A stretch of DNA of 64,000 bases, taken from Eutreptiella sp. 'Long Island Sound 2002' (taxonomy: Eukaryota; Protista; Euglenida). Location of the stretch: positions 181,536,001 through 181,600,000 of the forward strand of contig OZ038378.1 in assembly GCA_964036045.1 (NCBI GenBank), read 5' to 3'. This document shows positions 25,347 through 34,480 of this stretch, in pieces (the stretch's first letter is position 1; each line of letters starts with the position of its first letter). Under the pieces are notes generated by a model, which saw only the letters and a program-made list of their open reading frames with translations, searched no databases and was not told the DNA's origin. A program made the translations under genes and the position numbers.

Positions 25347-27404
25347 ATGGCACACCCGTTCACACAGTTGTCCCAGGATGAGCAGCGGCAGCAGCTCAGC
25401 TGTGCTGATGCATGGCCCCTGCTTTCCCTCTCGTTCAATCCTGCGGCCCGGCGCCTACTGATTGCAGCCCGCCATCACGCGGGCCGCACAGACGTGTTTG
25501 ATGTCGATCTGAACGTGTCCGCCCTCTCCGCCTCAGTGATGCTGTGGTGGTGGAGCGTGACACGGCAGCTACTTCCAGCCGAGCAGAGCCTTCTCGAGGA
25601 GCATCTCCCTGGCTCATGGCTCTCTTACCGGTCCGCCCTCGAGCTCCTCATCGACTGGGCCGCGGGCGCCACGGAGACGCAGCGCCACGAGCTGGTCCGC
25701 GACGCGGCTCAGCACTGCACCCCCTTTGGCGATGGCCCCATCCGAGGCCTTGACTTCAGGACCCTGCTGGAGATCCTGTCCCACGTTCGCCCCATCAAGC
25801 CCGTGATCCTTCGAGTCCCCTTGCTCCACTGGCTCTCCCAGTGGGCTGCGCAACACACAGGCAGCCCCCTGCGCTGCCCCCAGATCCAAGCCATCCAGGA
25901 TGGAGCTGGCGGGCCCGGAGGCTCCCCAGTCCTGCGCCCTTCCCCCTGCCCCGTCAGCGCCCAGACGTGGTACCAGGAATTGCGCTCCCGTGAGCGCGAG
26001 GGCTCCATCACATTCCCCACCGCCCAGACCGTCCTAGCAGCCGCCGAGACCAAAGCCAAGTCCATCCTACACCCCGTGGCGGCCCCGCGCCCCCCACAGG
26101 CCCCAGCGCAAGCCCCAGCTCAAGCCCCACCGCAAGCCCCAGCGCTCACCGCCCCACGCAGCGCCCTTCCCACATGGGAGCAGTTCCTGGAGCAGGCCCC
26201 CCACTCCGGCTCTCAGGACATCCTCTCCCTACTCGATGGTCTTGCTTCCGTCCCCGACGCCTCGGCCTCCCACGTAGCCGGCGCCGTCCTGATCATCATC
26301 AAAGACCTGCACCTCCCCCCCAAGGCTTCCCAGCTCCTCAACCTGGCAACCACAGCGGCGCTCCTGGTACCGGCAGTCAAGAACGCCTGGCTGCTCTGCC
26401 CGGAAGCCAACAAACACCGACTTCGCCCAGAGCTAGAGCGCCTGAGCTCCACAGTAGCAGCGAAGTTCGGCTCCTCCCTGAACGTCGCGGCCAAGAACAT
26501 GGCCCTCCAGGCCATTCAACCTCACATCTCCGCCAATGCTGCACGCCCCGGGATCAACTGGTCTTCCGTAGCCCTCCAACTGGCCTCCACCCCGTCTTTC
26601 CCCCTCACAGCGTACACCGCGCTCCACAGCGTCGTCGACGCCGCCTCCTTCAGGCAGGGCATCAACCAGCTCTGCCAGCCGACCTGCCTGTGCACAGCCT
26701 CTGACTACCAGCAGCTGCAAGAGAGGGTCAAGCAACTGCTGCCCCTAGTCGCCGAGACCGCGAGCTACGACTGGTTCTTGGCGGGTTTTTCCGCCCCCCC
26801 TATCGGCCCCTCTGCCGTCCTGCCCGCTGCCACGGCCCCCCTCCCGTCGTCGGGCTCGGCTGCCCTCGCCCCCCTCGCCGCGGCTCAGCCGCTCCCGACC
26901 TTGGCCCTCCTCCCTCCGCCCCAGCCGCCATCCACCTCGGCCCCGGCGCCCTGCGCAGTGCGCATCACCGGCCTCCAGGGCGGCAGTCAGGAGGCCATGA
27001 CCGCCGCACTCACGCTCACCCTAGGGGTACCGGTCTACGTCACCGCCGCCGACAGTCGCCGCGGCTGGGGCGTAGCGGTTATACCCCCCGCGGTCCACGC
27101 CTCCCTGTTTGCGTCTCACCACAAGCGCCTCCTACAGCACCCGGACGGTTGGGAACTGTCCCTCACCTGCAGGAATGAGTCCACTGGCGAGCCCTGGAGG
27201 GTCGGCAACAGCTCACTGTCCGACCCCCCGTCTCAGCGACCCGAGGCGCCCCGCGCCCACAAGCGAGTACGAGTCGAGTCCCCTGCGTCCCCACATCGCC
27301 GCTCCCCCCGTCTCCAGGAACAAGCCCGCCACGTACACAAAGGCCCTCGCGCCGGTCGCGCGGTTCGTGGGTCCCTGTGGACGGGCCACCAGGAACGGCG
27401 CTGA
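25347..27404 (+). CDS. LINE ORF1 protein (685 aa from first ATG), with a C-terminal RRM-like domain
   Basis: Open frame 25065-27404; first ATG at 25347 (MAHPFTQ...). RNP2/RNP1-like AVRITGL...RGWGVAVI, basic C-terminus, no CCHC knuckle seen. The RRM call is by eye. Confidence 0.8.
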   Translation: MAHPFTQLSQDEQRQQLSCADAWPLLSLSFNPAARRLLIAARHHAGRTDVFDVDLNVSALSASVMLWWWSVTRQLLPAEQSLLEEHLPGSWLSYRSALELLIDWAAGATETQRHELVRDAAQHCTPFGDGPIRGLDFRTLLEILSHVRPIKPVILRVPLLHWLSQWAAQHTGSPLRCPQIQAIQDGAGGPGGSPVLRPSPCPVSAQTWYQELRSREREGSITFPTAQTVLAAAETKAKSILHPVAAPRPPQAPAQAPAQAPPQAPALTAPRSALPTWEQFLEQAPHSGSQDILSLLDGLASVPDASASHVAGAVLIIIKDLHLPPKASQLLNLATTAALLVPAVKNAWLLCPEANKHRLRPELERLSSTVAAKFGSSLNVAAKNMALQAIQPHISANAARPGINWSSVALQLASTPSFPLTAYTALHSVVDAASFRQGINQLCQPTCLCTASDYQQLQERVKQLLPLVAETASYDWFLAGFSAPPIGPSAVLPAATAPLPSSGSAALAPLAAAQPLPTLALLPPPQPPSTSAPAPCAVRITGLQGGSQEAMTAALTLTLGVPVYVTAADSRRGWGVAVIPPAVHASLFASHHKRLLQHPDGWELSLTCRNESTGEPWRVGNSSLSDPPSQRPEAPRAHKRVRVESPASPHRRSPRLQEQARHVHKGPRAGRAVRGSLWTGHQERR

Positions 27405-27461
27405 CTGGTACTACCCGACCTCCTGCCGTCAGCTGCAAGCCCGGACAGCGCGTCCCTGGCG

Positions 27462-30400
27462 GTGGCCCAGGCCCTAGCCGCCGACCTCACCCCCAGCAGG
27501 GCGGTCCGCTTATCAGCGCAACTTCGGGCCCTGGCTGGCGCCCCGCCCCTGTCCCCCGCAGACATGCCTCAGTCACCGGCCTCCACCCCCCCCCCCCCCC
27601 CAGCCTGGTCCCCGCTTCCCCCAGACGACCACTCCCCCGTAGCCTGCCTGCACTGCGGCACCTTGCTCCCCCGCGCCGGCCTCCCGGCCTGCCCGCTGTG
27701 CGACCACTCGGGCTTCCTCCTGCTACAACGTATCCCCTCCCTCACCCTCCCGCCCGAACTCCTCCAGCTCCTCCCCTCGCTCCCTTCCTGTGCCCCAGCC
27801 ATCCCGCCGGCGGCCATCCTGGCGTCCCTCCCCGTGATCGCCGACTGGCTGGAGCAGTTCCCTCCCTCCATCCACCCCACCGCGTTCCGAGTCACGCCGC
27901 CGCTCCATGTCGGCGATTACTGGACAAGTTTCTGGTCCCACGACTACACTGCGGACTGGACCGCCACCCCCCCAGCCCACACCCCTCCTCCCCTCTTCTA
28001 CTGGCGCCACCCCAGCGCCGGCGGCCCATGGGCGATCGGCCCCGACCTCCCAGGTATGCCCACCGTCATCTCCGCTCCCTGCCCCACTTGCGGCCGCCCG
28101 TCGCCGCACGACGCCTCAGTCGGGCTACCCACCGCCCCCCCCCTCACCCGCCCCCGCCTCTTCTGTGTGCACCCCCAGAGGCATGCGCCCTTCTGCACCA
28201 GGGCCCTAGCCCCGCGCTGCACCCTCACGTATCACGGACTTCATCTCTCTGGCGCAGTACCGGTTTACGCCCTCCCTTGGTCCACCCTGTGCGCCCCGCA
28301 CCTACCGCAGCTCCTACTCCCCCCCCCGCCGTATCTGCGGGCGCTGCCCCCTCCAGCCCCTTCCGAGGCCGCCCTCGTCCAGCCCACGGCCCTCACCTTC
28401 ATGACTCACAATTGGGGGGGCATCATACTCCAAACTGCCCTTGCGCGCCTCTGGGTAGACGCGCTCAGCCCCGACATCCTCTGCTGGCACGAACTTTGGG
28501 ACGTCAGCGCCGCCCGAGCAGCCGTGCCCCCCACATATGAAGCCATGTGGAGCACGGCAGATGGCGCTGGTACCGGTTTCGTGATCGCCTGGAAAAGGTC
28601 ACTGCGCCGGCGCCCCGAGGAGGCCACGCTGGTGTTTGATGGCGAACACTGGATGGCCGCCCTGCTCCCCCTGTGGCATGTCGGTCGGCTGCTGGTGGTC
28701 AACGTCCACCTCCACCCCAAGATCCCCTACCGCGAGTGGCTGCAGCAGGTCCGTCGCATGGAGCAGCTCCGTCGAGACTTGCAGCCTTCCTACACCTATC
28801 TCTCGGGGGACCTCAACGCCACCGACGCCCCAGGTACCCCCCTCTCCTCAGCACTCTCCCCGTCAGGCCCGCTCCGCGATTACCACCGAGTCCTCCCTAC
28901 AGGCACCACCACCAATCACACCACGGTCAAGGGCATACGCCGGGCCACAGCCATAGATCACGCCTTCATCCACGGCCCGGTCGCCGAAACCCGTCACCAA
29001 CTACTCTCGTCCCGCAGCTCCCACGCCGTCATCGTCATCACCGTCACTCTCCTCACCAAATCCGCCGACGCCTGGGCCTGGCGCCGCTTTCGATGGCGTC
29101 AGGCCAGCCCCTCGGACATGGACGCCATGGGGGCCGCCCTGGACCTAGTCTGGGGCTGGCTGGCCCTCACCCCAGCGCTGCCGGACGACTACGTCGCCGC
29201 ACACCACGAGGTAGCGTCGCAGCTTATCCCCCGCCCCCCGGACACACGCCAGCTCATGCTCCGCCTGGCCCAGCGCAGCTTCCCCCTGGGGCCCAACCAG
29301 CTAGACCAACAACTCGCGGACCTCCGGGAAGCGGCAGAGGCGCGCGGCATCCAGAGCCGCCTGGACGTCCTTCGAGCGGCCTCCATCACAGCGGCCACGC
29401 GCACAGCCCTTCACCTCCCCTCACCCCCCCTCGAGCCGTTCAGCGGCATCCTCCCCCGCCCAGAAGCCTCCCTCCCCACCAGGGAGGCCCGCCTCGGCGA
29501 AGTCCTCCGCCAGTCCACAGCGCAGACCTGCAATCGGTTCCTGCACCTCGACCACGAGTTCTTTGCTACCCACTGCGACCCCTCCGCGTGGGCCCCCATG
29601 CGCCGCCCGTCCCTTGAACTGCCCACAGTTCACCTGCTTGCCCTCCTACGGGCTGGTCTCCCGCCGGACCACCCCGACACGCCCCGGATCTTCTTCCAGA
29701 GCCTTAACTCCCGCCCGCTGCTGACGCCTGAGTCCCTGGCCCACCGGCGCCTGGGCAAGCGCACCCTGGCGGTATCATCGGACAACGTCACCCGCTCACT
29801 GCTCTTCCGGGCAGGAGGGGGGGTCCAGCAGGGCCTGCACCACTCCCTGCTTCAAGCTGAGGCGGGCACCCCCACGGTCCTCAATGAGACTGTGCGCTAC
29901 GGCATATACAAGGGCAAACCCAGCAAACCCCTGCCCCGTCATCTCGCGCGCTCATTCCGACCGGTCGACGTCGAGTCCGCGGCCTCCGGGACACTCTCCG
30001 GCATCGCCTCCGACCGACTCGCCGCCAACCTAGAGGTATCAGGCGCCTACACCCCGGTCGTCTTCTCCTACCGCACCGGTCAGAGCTCCGCCTTCATGGT
30101 CCTGGTCGGCAGAGCGGCGGTGTACGCCAGCCTCCTAGAGCACAGCTCCTGCGCGATCTGTGACTGGGACGAGTCCGACGCGTATTTGCGCGTTGTACGG
30201 GAGTTCACACGCCGTCTCCTCGGCTGTCTGCCGCACGTGTGGGACTACTCGCAGTGGGCCCACGACTTCTACAGCCGCCTAGTCATACGGGTGATCACCC
30301 GTGAGGGCTTCGCCCCCCCCTTCTCCACGGGGGAGGGCGGCAACCAAGGGGACGCGTTTGCGGCCCTGCACTATCAGGCCCCCAGCCACGTCCTCACCCT

Positions 30401-32789
30401 CTCCCAGGCCATCAACTGGTCCGTGTCGCTTCCACTACGCCTACCGGGCCACAGCGTCCCCCTACCGGCAACCACGCTGGTCTACAGCGACGACCGACGC
30501 TTTCTGGCCCCCACCCTTCCTGAGGTGGTGGCCATGGCCGACGCCAGCCGCGACGCATCCCGCAGGGCTGGCAGGATCGTCCACCCCGACAAACTCGAGT
30601 ACTTCCTCGCCCGTCTAGGGCACCACGGCATCTCCTTGGAGCGCAGCCTGGTTCCGGACTCCGAGATGTACACCAGCACCACGCCTCCCGAGCTCGTAGG
30701 TATCCCTCTTCTCCCCGAGCTGCCGCTGCACCGCCCCGCCAACAAGGCCCTCACCGCGCTGCGCAACGTCCACAAATCCACAGTCCGCGGTCCGGCTTCC
30801 CCGGCCCTTCGCCTCCGATCCCTTCACTCCTTCGGGCTGTCTGTCCTGGACTACGTGGCCAGCGGCGTCCTCCTCCCACCAGACACCCTTCGCCCCCACC
30901 AACGCGTCACCGACGCCGTGTACTCCGCAGCCTTTCGTCTCCCCCCTTGGGTTCACCGGCCCCTCCTCCGCCTGCCCTTGGCCTCGGGAGGCTTTGGCGC
31001 CCCCGACGTGACCCTGCGCTCACACCTGCACCTCCTCACCTCCTACCTGCGGGCGTCCTGGAGCACCAACCTCTTGGCCGTAGCCGCATCCCACCATCTC
31101 CTCACCCTCCCCCCCCGGGCTGGCTGGCTCCCTGAAGGTCTACACCTGCGACAGCAGCTCCTCCCCCTGGACGTCGCCCTGCACCCGTGCCCCTCACCCA
31201 CCCTCGATGAGGTCCGATTCTACAGCTCCGGCGACATCACCCTCCTCAGCACCATGCACCACGTCGTCGCCGCAACGGACGGCAGCCAGATGCACCACCG
31301 TCTGGGGGCTGGAGTCGCCCTATGGCACCCGACTACCGGCATTTTTTACAAGCTGTGGTTCGGGGTGCAGACCAGCGCAGGCCACTCCACTGACTCAGAG
31401 TGGCTCGCCAAAGTGGCGCTTTTCTTCCTTCTCGGGAACTGGAGCGGCACGGTACTGCTCGCCACCGACTCCACCGCGGCGCTCACAGCCAACCTAACAC
31501 GGTCCCCACGAGCCGGCACCTTACTACTTCTCCCCTTCCGCGCCGCGCTCATCCAGCTACAAGCGCGAATCCTGGAGGTATGGCTGCCGGCTCAGCACGA
31601 CAGCGGCGCAACCACCCTCCTCGCCCAACTCAACGCCGAAGCCGACCGCCTGGCAGACCTGGGCGCGCGCGAGGCGCGCCTGAACGCCGTGCCTTGGCTC
31701 CCCCTCTTTTCCGGCCGCGTCCTGGCCACGCACCAGGGTCGCCTCGTCCTCGACCCCCGGAAGGCGGCCGAGGCGATCACCCTCCAGCACCACGAAGCAG
31801 AGTTCGCCCGACATTTCCCGCCACCAGACCCCACCTGGTCGTCATCCCATATCATCGACGCCATCGACAACGCCGCCATCGAGCCCAGAGCGATCCACAC
31901 AACCATGCTCCACCGCTTGCTCTCATTCCAGCGCCACCCCCCCGGGTATGGTGGGGTAGTCTGCCCCTACTGCCACCTGGCGCAGCCCGACATGACCGAC
32001 CACTTGCAGCGCCGCTGCCCCCCTTTCTTCCTACAGTACCTCACCCTGGCCTGGCGCCTCTTGCGCCACCCGCAGGTCTTCCCCCTCCTATCCTCGTCTT
32101 CCGGGTCCGCGGTCCTTCACCTGGGGACTTTCCTGGCCACCCCAGCGCTTGTGGTTGGCCTGACGTGGAACGCCCTACCCTCCCCCCCCCGCGCCGTTCT
32201 CCACAGCGCGCCGCGCCAGCTACTCCTGGACCTCAATGGCGCCTGGAAAGTGGCCAGCGAAGACCCCCGACGCCCTCCCCTCCTTCACGCGCAGCGAGCC
32301 GCGGTAGCGGCCGACCACCACGTCGCCCTCGCACAGCAGCCCCCCACGCTGCGCCAAGCCCTTGATGCGGCCCCCTCCCTCTGGACCCCGACCCCTTCCC
32401 CCCTCCCCGCGCCCGTCCTCGCCACCTCCGCAGCCCGCACCCTCAGCCTCCGCGACAGCGTCGTCCTCGGATGGCTTCTACGGCGATGCCGCGCTTGGCA
32501 ACTCAGCACGGGCCCGGCACCCTGCATCCCCCTACCTCCAGCGTCTCCCCCGCAACCAGCTCTTGCGTGGGTCGTCAACGCCCTCGGTTGCACACCGCAA
32601 GAGGCCGTCCACATGGCATCATCGGCCCCTGACGACAGCAGCCTGGTGCTGCTAGCACGGGCGTGTGACCTCCCCGTAATTCACGCGCAGCTGACGGAAT
32701 TCCTTACGACCCTGGCCCTACCCGACGGACTCTCGGTGGGGCGCGCCAGTGGCGCGCCCCTGGACATGCATGACTGGCCCGAAGCGTGA
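27462..32789 (+). CDS. LINE ORF2 polyprotein: N-terminal Cys/His modules, APE endonuclease (~28390-29050), reverse transcriptase (~29740-31010), RNase H (~31260-31670), CCHC finger (31962-32018). True start unknown: frame is open from 27405, first ATG at 27564.
   Basis: APE motifs THNWGG, DILCWHE, NVHLHP, GDLNA, IDHAF, SSH. RT motifs FRPV, DWDESDAY, GNQGD, YSDD (30483-30494), HPDK, LPLASGGFG. RNase H motifs ATDGS, SEW, ATDS, WLPAQH, NAEADRLA. Finger CPYC-x8-H-x4-C. Confidence 0.95.
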   Translation: MAQALAADLTPSRAVRLSAQLRALAGAPPLSPADMPQSPASTPPPPPAWSPLPPDDHSPVACLHCGTLLPRAGLPACPLCDHSGFLLLQRIPSLTLPPELLQLLPSLPSCAPAIPPAAILASLPVIADWLEQFPPSIHPTAFRVTPPLHVGDYWTSFWSHDYTADWTATPPAHTPPPLFYWRHPSAGGPWAIGPDLPGMPTVISAPCPTCGRPSPHDASVGLPTAPPLTRPRLFCVHPQRHAPFCTRALAPRCTLTYHGLHLSGAVPVYALPWSTLCAPHLPQLLLPPPPYLRALPPPAPSEAALVQPTALTFMTHNWGGIILQTALARLWVDALSPDILCWHELWDVSAARAAVPPTYEAMWSTADGAGTGFVIAWKRSLRRRPEEATLVFDGEHWMAALLPLWHVGRLLVVNVHLHPKIPYREWLQQVRRMEQLRRDLQPSYTYLSGDLNATDAPGTPLSSALSPSGPLRDYHRVLPTGTTTNHTTVKGIRRATAIDHAFIHGPVAETRHQLLSSRSSHAVIVITVTLLTKSADAWAWRRFRWRQASPSDMDAMGAALDLVWGWLALTPALPDDYVAAHHEVASQLIPRPPDTRQLMLRLAQRSFPLGPNQLDQQLADLREAAEARGIQSRLDVLRAASITAATRTALHLPSPPLEPFSGILPRPEASLPTREARLGEVLRQSTAQTCNRFLHLDHEFFATHCDPSAWAPMRRPSLELPTVHLLALLRAGLPPDHPDTPRIFFQSLNSRPLLTPESLAHRRLGKRTLAVSSDNVTRSLLFRAGGGVQQGLHHSLLQAEAGTPTVLNETVRYGIYKGKPSKPLPRHLARSFRPVDVESAASGTLSGIASDRLAANLEVSGAYTPVVFSYRTGQSSAFMVLVGRAAVYASLLEHSSCAICDWDESDAYLRVVREFTRRLLGCLPHVWDYSQWAHDFYSRLVIRVITREGFAPPFSTGEGGNQGDAFAALHYQAPSHVLTLSQAINWSVSLPLRLPGHSVPLPATTLVYSDDRRFLAPTLPEVVAMADASRDASRRAGRIVHPDKLEYFLARLGHHGISLERSLVPDSEMYTSTTPPELVGIPLLPELPLHRPANKALTALRNVHKSTVRGPASPALRLRSLHSFGLSVLDYVASGVLLPPDTLRPHQRVTDAVYSAAFRLPPWVHRPLLRLPLASGGFGAPDVTLRSHLHLLTSYLRASWSTNLLAVAASHHLLTLPPRAGWLPEGLHLRQQLLPLDVALHPCPSPTLDEVRFYSSGDITLLSTMHHVVAATDGSQMHHRLGAGVALWHPTTGIFYKLWFGVQTSAGHSTDSEWLAKVALFFLLGNWSGTVLLATDSTAALTANLTRSPRAGTLLLLPFRAALIQLQARILEVWLPAQHDSGATTLLAQLNAEADRLADLGAREARLNAVPWLPLFSGRVLATHQGRLVLDPRKAAEAITLQHHEAEFARHFPPPDPTWSSSHIIDAIDNAAIEPRAIHTTMLHRLLSFQRHPPGYGGVVCPYCHLAQPDMTDHLQRRCPPFFLQYLTLAWRLLRHPQVFPLLSSSSGSAVLHLGTFLATPALVVGLTWNALPSPPRAVLHSAPRQLLLDLNGAWKVASEDPRRPPLLHAQRAAVAADHHVALAQQPPTLRQALDAAPSLWTPTPSPLPAPVLATSAARTLSLRDSVVLGWLLRRCRAWQLSTGPAPCIPLPPASPPQPALAWVVNALGCTPQEAVHMASSAPDDSSLVLLARACDLPVIHAQLTEFLTTLALPDGLSVGRASGAPLDMHDWPEA

Positions 32790-33322
32790 ACGACCACCGT
32801 CTAGTGCACGTCCTGCCCGCCCTGTCTTGCCGCACGCACCACACAACGACGCTGCAACACGCGTGCGCGCGGGACCACGGTTGCAGCAGGAAACGCCCTG
32901 GGGGCCGCCACACAGCCACGAAACACCCCCCAGGACACACCACCACCGGCCGTCAGAACCGCTAGGCCCCGTTTTCTTGAGGTGAAAACATGTTGGGGCA
33001 AGGCGTGAAGCTGTGGCACTTCGCGGACCCCGTTGTGCCTTGCCGGCAGCACCCTCACCGACACCGTCCAGGCCGACGCCAGCGGCACACTGACGCCCCT
33101 GCGCAGGTGAGCCCCCTACAGCCCTCACGCCCCAGCCCACACCGCATGCGGACCCCCCCCCCGAAACTCGGCAAGTGTCGGCCCCCGGTGGCTCGGGGTG
33201 CCGCCACGGGCCGCCCGCTTCGACCTTACCAGGCGGGACCGAGTAAGCCGCCTTGTGGCGGTTGGGAGCCCCTCGTTTTCTGGGTCCCCCTCCGGCTGTG
33301 CTGGAGCCTCGGGCAGGTCGTT

Positions 33323-33340
33323 CTGAACCTGAACCTGAAC
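33323..33340 (+). repeat. (CTGAAC)3 tandem 3' tail of the LINE
   Basis: ctgaac ctgaac ctgaac immediately before the right TSD; no poly(A). Confidence 0.85.
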
Positions 33341-33353
33341 CCTAATGTCAGGC
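33340..33353 (+). repeat. Right target-site duplication of the LINE
   Basis: CCCTAATGTCAGGC directly after the (CTGAAC)3 tail; its first C is shared with the tail. Confidence 0.85.
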
Positions 33354-33899
33354 CGGTCCCCCCCATGAGGGGGGGGGGGGGGGGGCGGTCACCAAATGAC
33401 GGTCCCCCCCCACCCCAGTTCCAGTGTAACCTAAAGAAAAAATTTCTTTGGCGCCGTCGGCGCCTAGTGTTTCCTATGCTTTTTGGGCCCAGTGAGGGTT
33501 CCCCCCCTGGGGGGGGGGGATTGCAAGGGGGGGGGGGGGGGATTGGGTTGGGGTTGGGTCGTGGCTCGCACCAGAGGTGGGTCCCCACGGCTGGTGTATC
33601 TTTCCCTCACCGGCACGACTGGGTCCTACCCCGGCTGTCTGGTCTCACAGCCCTCCAAGACTGTTGACGACCCCCGAACCCCACCAAGGCGCTGGTGGGA
33701 GGGAGATGCCGCCGTGCAAGGGGGGGGGGGGGGGGGGGCAACACACCAGTCGATAAATGGAGATGGTGCTGCCCTGCGCAACCACCAGCAGCAGGTGATC
33801 TGCCTGCGTCCGGGCCCCAGCAGCGGTGACGGGCCCGAGGTAGGGCATCAGCAGTTGTTTAAGGGACGTCTTGCTGGTGAGCCTGGGCTGCATGGCGGG

Positions 33900-34480
33900 C
33901 CAACCCACGTACAATGCCCCATCGGACGCCAGGATGACACACCCCTCTGCCCCCAGGATCTTATATAACAACGTGGGCATGGCTGCCCACCCTCAACCAC
34001 CTTGGCCACACCAAGAAACCATTTGCTAGCGTGAGAGCACGGGGGCGACGAGGAAATGGAGGGCAACACAGGCACCAGAAGGAAAAATAACTTTTTGAGG
34101 GTTTTGAGGGTTGGTACCCCGGGCACTCAATGGGACAATTGTACTAAATGTCGAAAGGTACAAAAACGGCAGGGGTGACCCCCGGGCTTACGCTTGAAGG
34201 GCGTTGCCCAGCCCCTTCTTTGGGGAGACGGACAGCCCCCAGCCAGACGATTTTGTCCGCTTCCAGCGGCCATGTCTGAACATTGGGGAGTGGAGGCTGC
34301 TCAGGGATGCGCTTGGAAGGGGGGCTAAAAAGAAGAGTTTCATAAATGATGCCAAAAGCGGTTACCGGCGGTTGGACAAGCAGTTGGGGGCTGATTTCTG
34401 GCCGGTGTAAACCGGGGCGAAAGTCAAGGAAAACAACGGTCAGGCAGGGGTGCGGTGCTTTCATGCAACCCAGACGCAAG
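33900..34480 (-). pseudogene. Heavily decayed RT relic
   Basis: TVVFLDF (~34430) and a GCPSP remnant of QGCPLSP (~34230) at RT-like spacing; frames broken. Confidence 0.4.

Larger units (their letters stand above)
24444..33339 (+). mobile_element. Full-length non-LTR retrotransposon (LINE), APE-RT-RNase H type, ~8.9 kb
   Basis: Flanked by an identical 14-bp direct repeat CCCTAATGTCAGGC (24430-24443, 33340-33353). About 900-nt 5' UTR, two long uninterrupted ORFs with APE/RT/RNase H/CCHC motifs, about 530-nt 3' UTR and a (CTGAAC)3 tail. Confidence 0.93.

Noticed and set aside
27377-28540. 387-aa ORF and other long overlapping ORFs within the LINE (28673-29617, 31400-32365)
   Set aside because: Off-frame shadows of very GC-rich coding DNA; low-complexity P/R sequence
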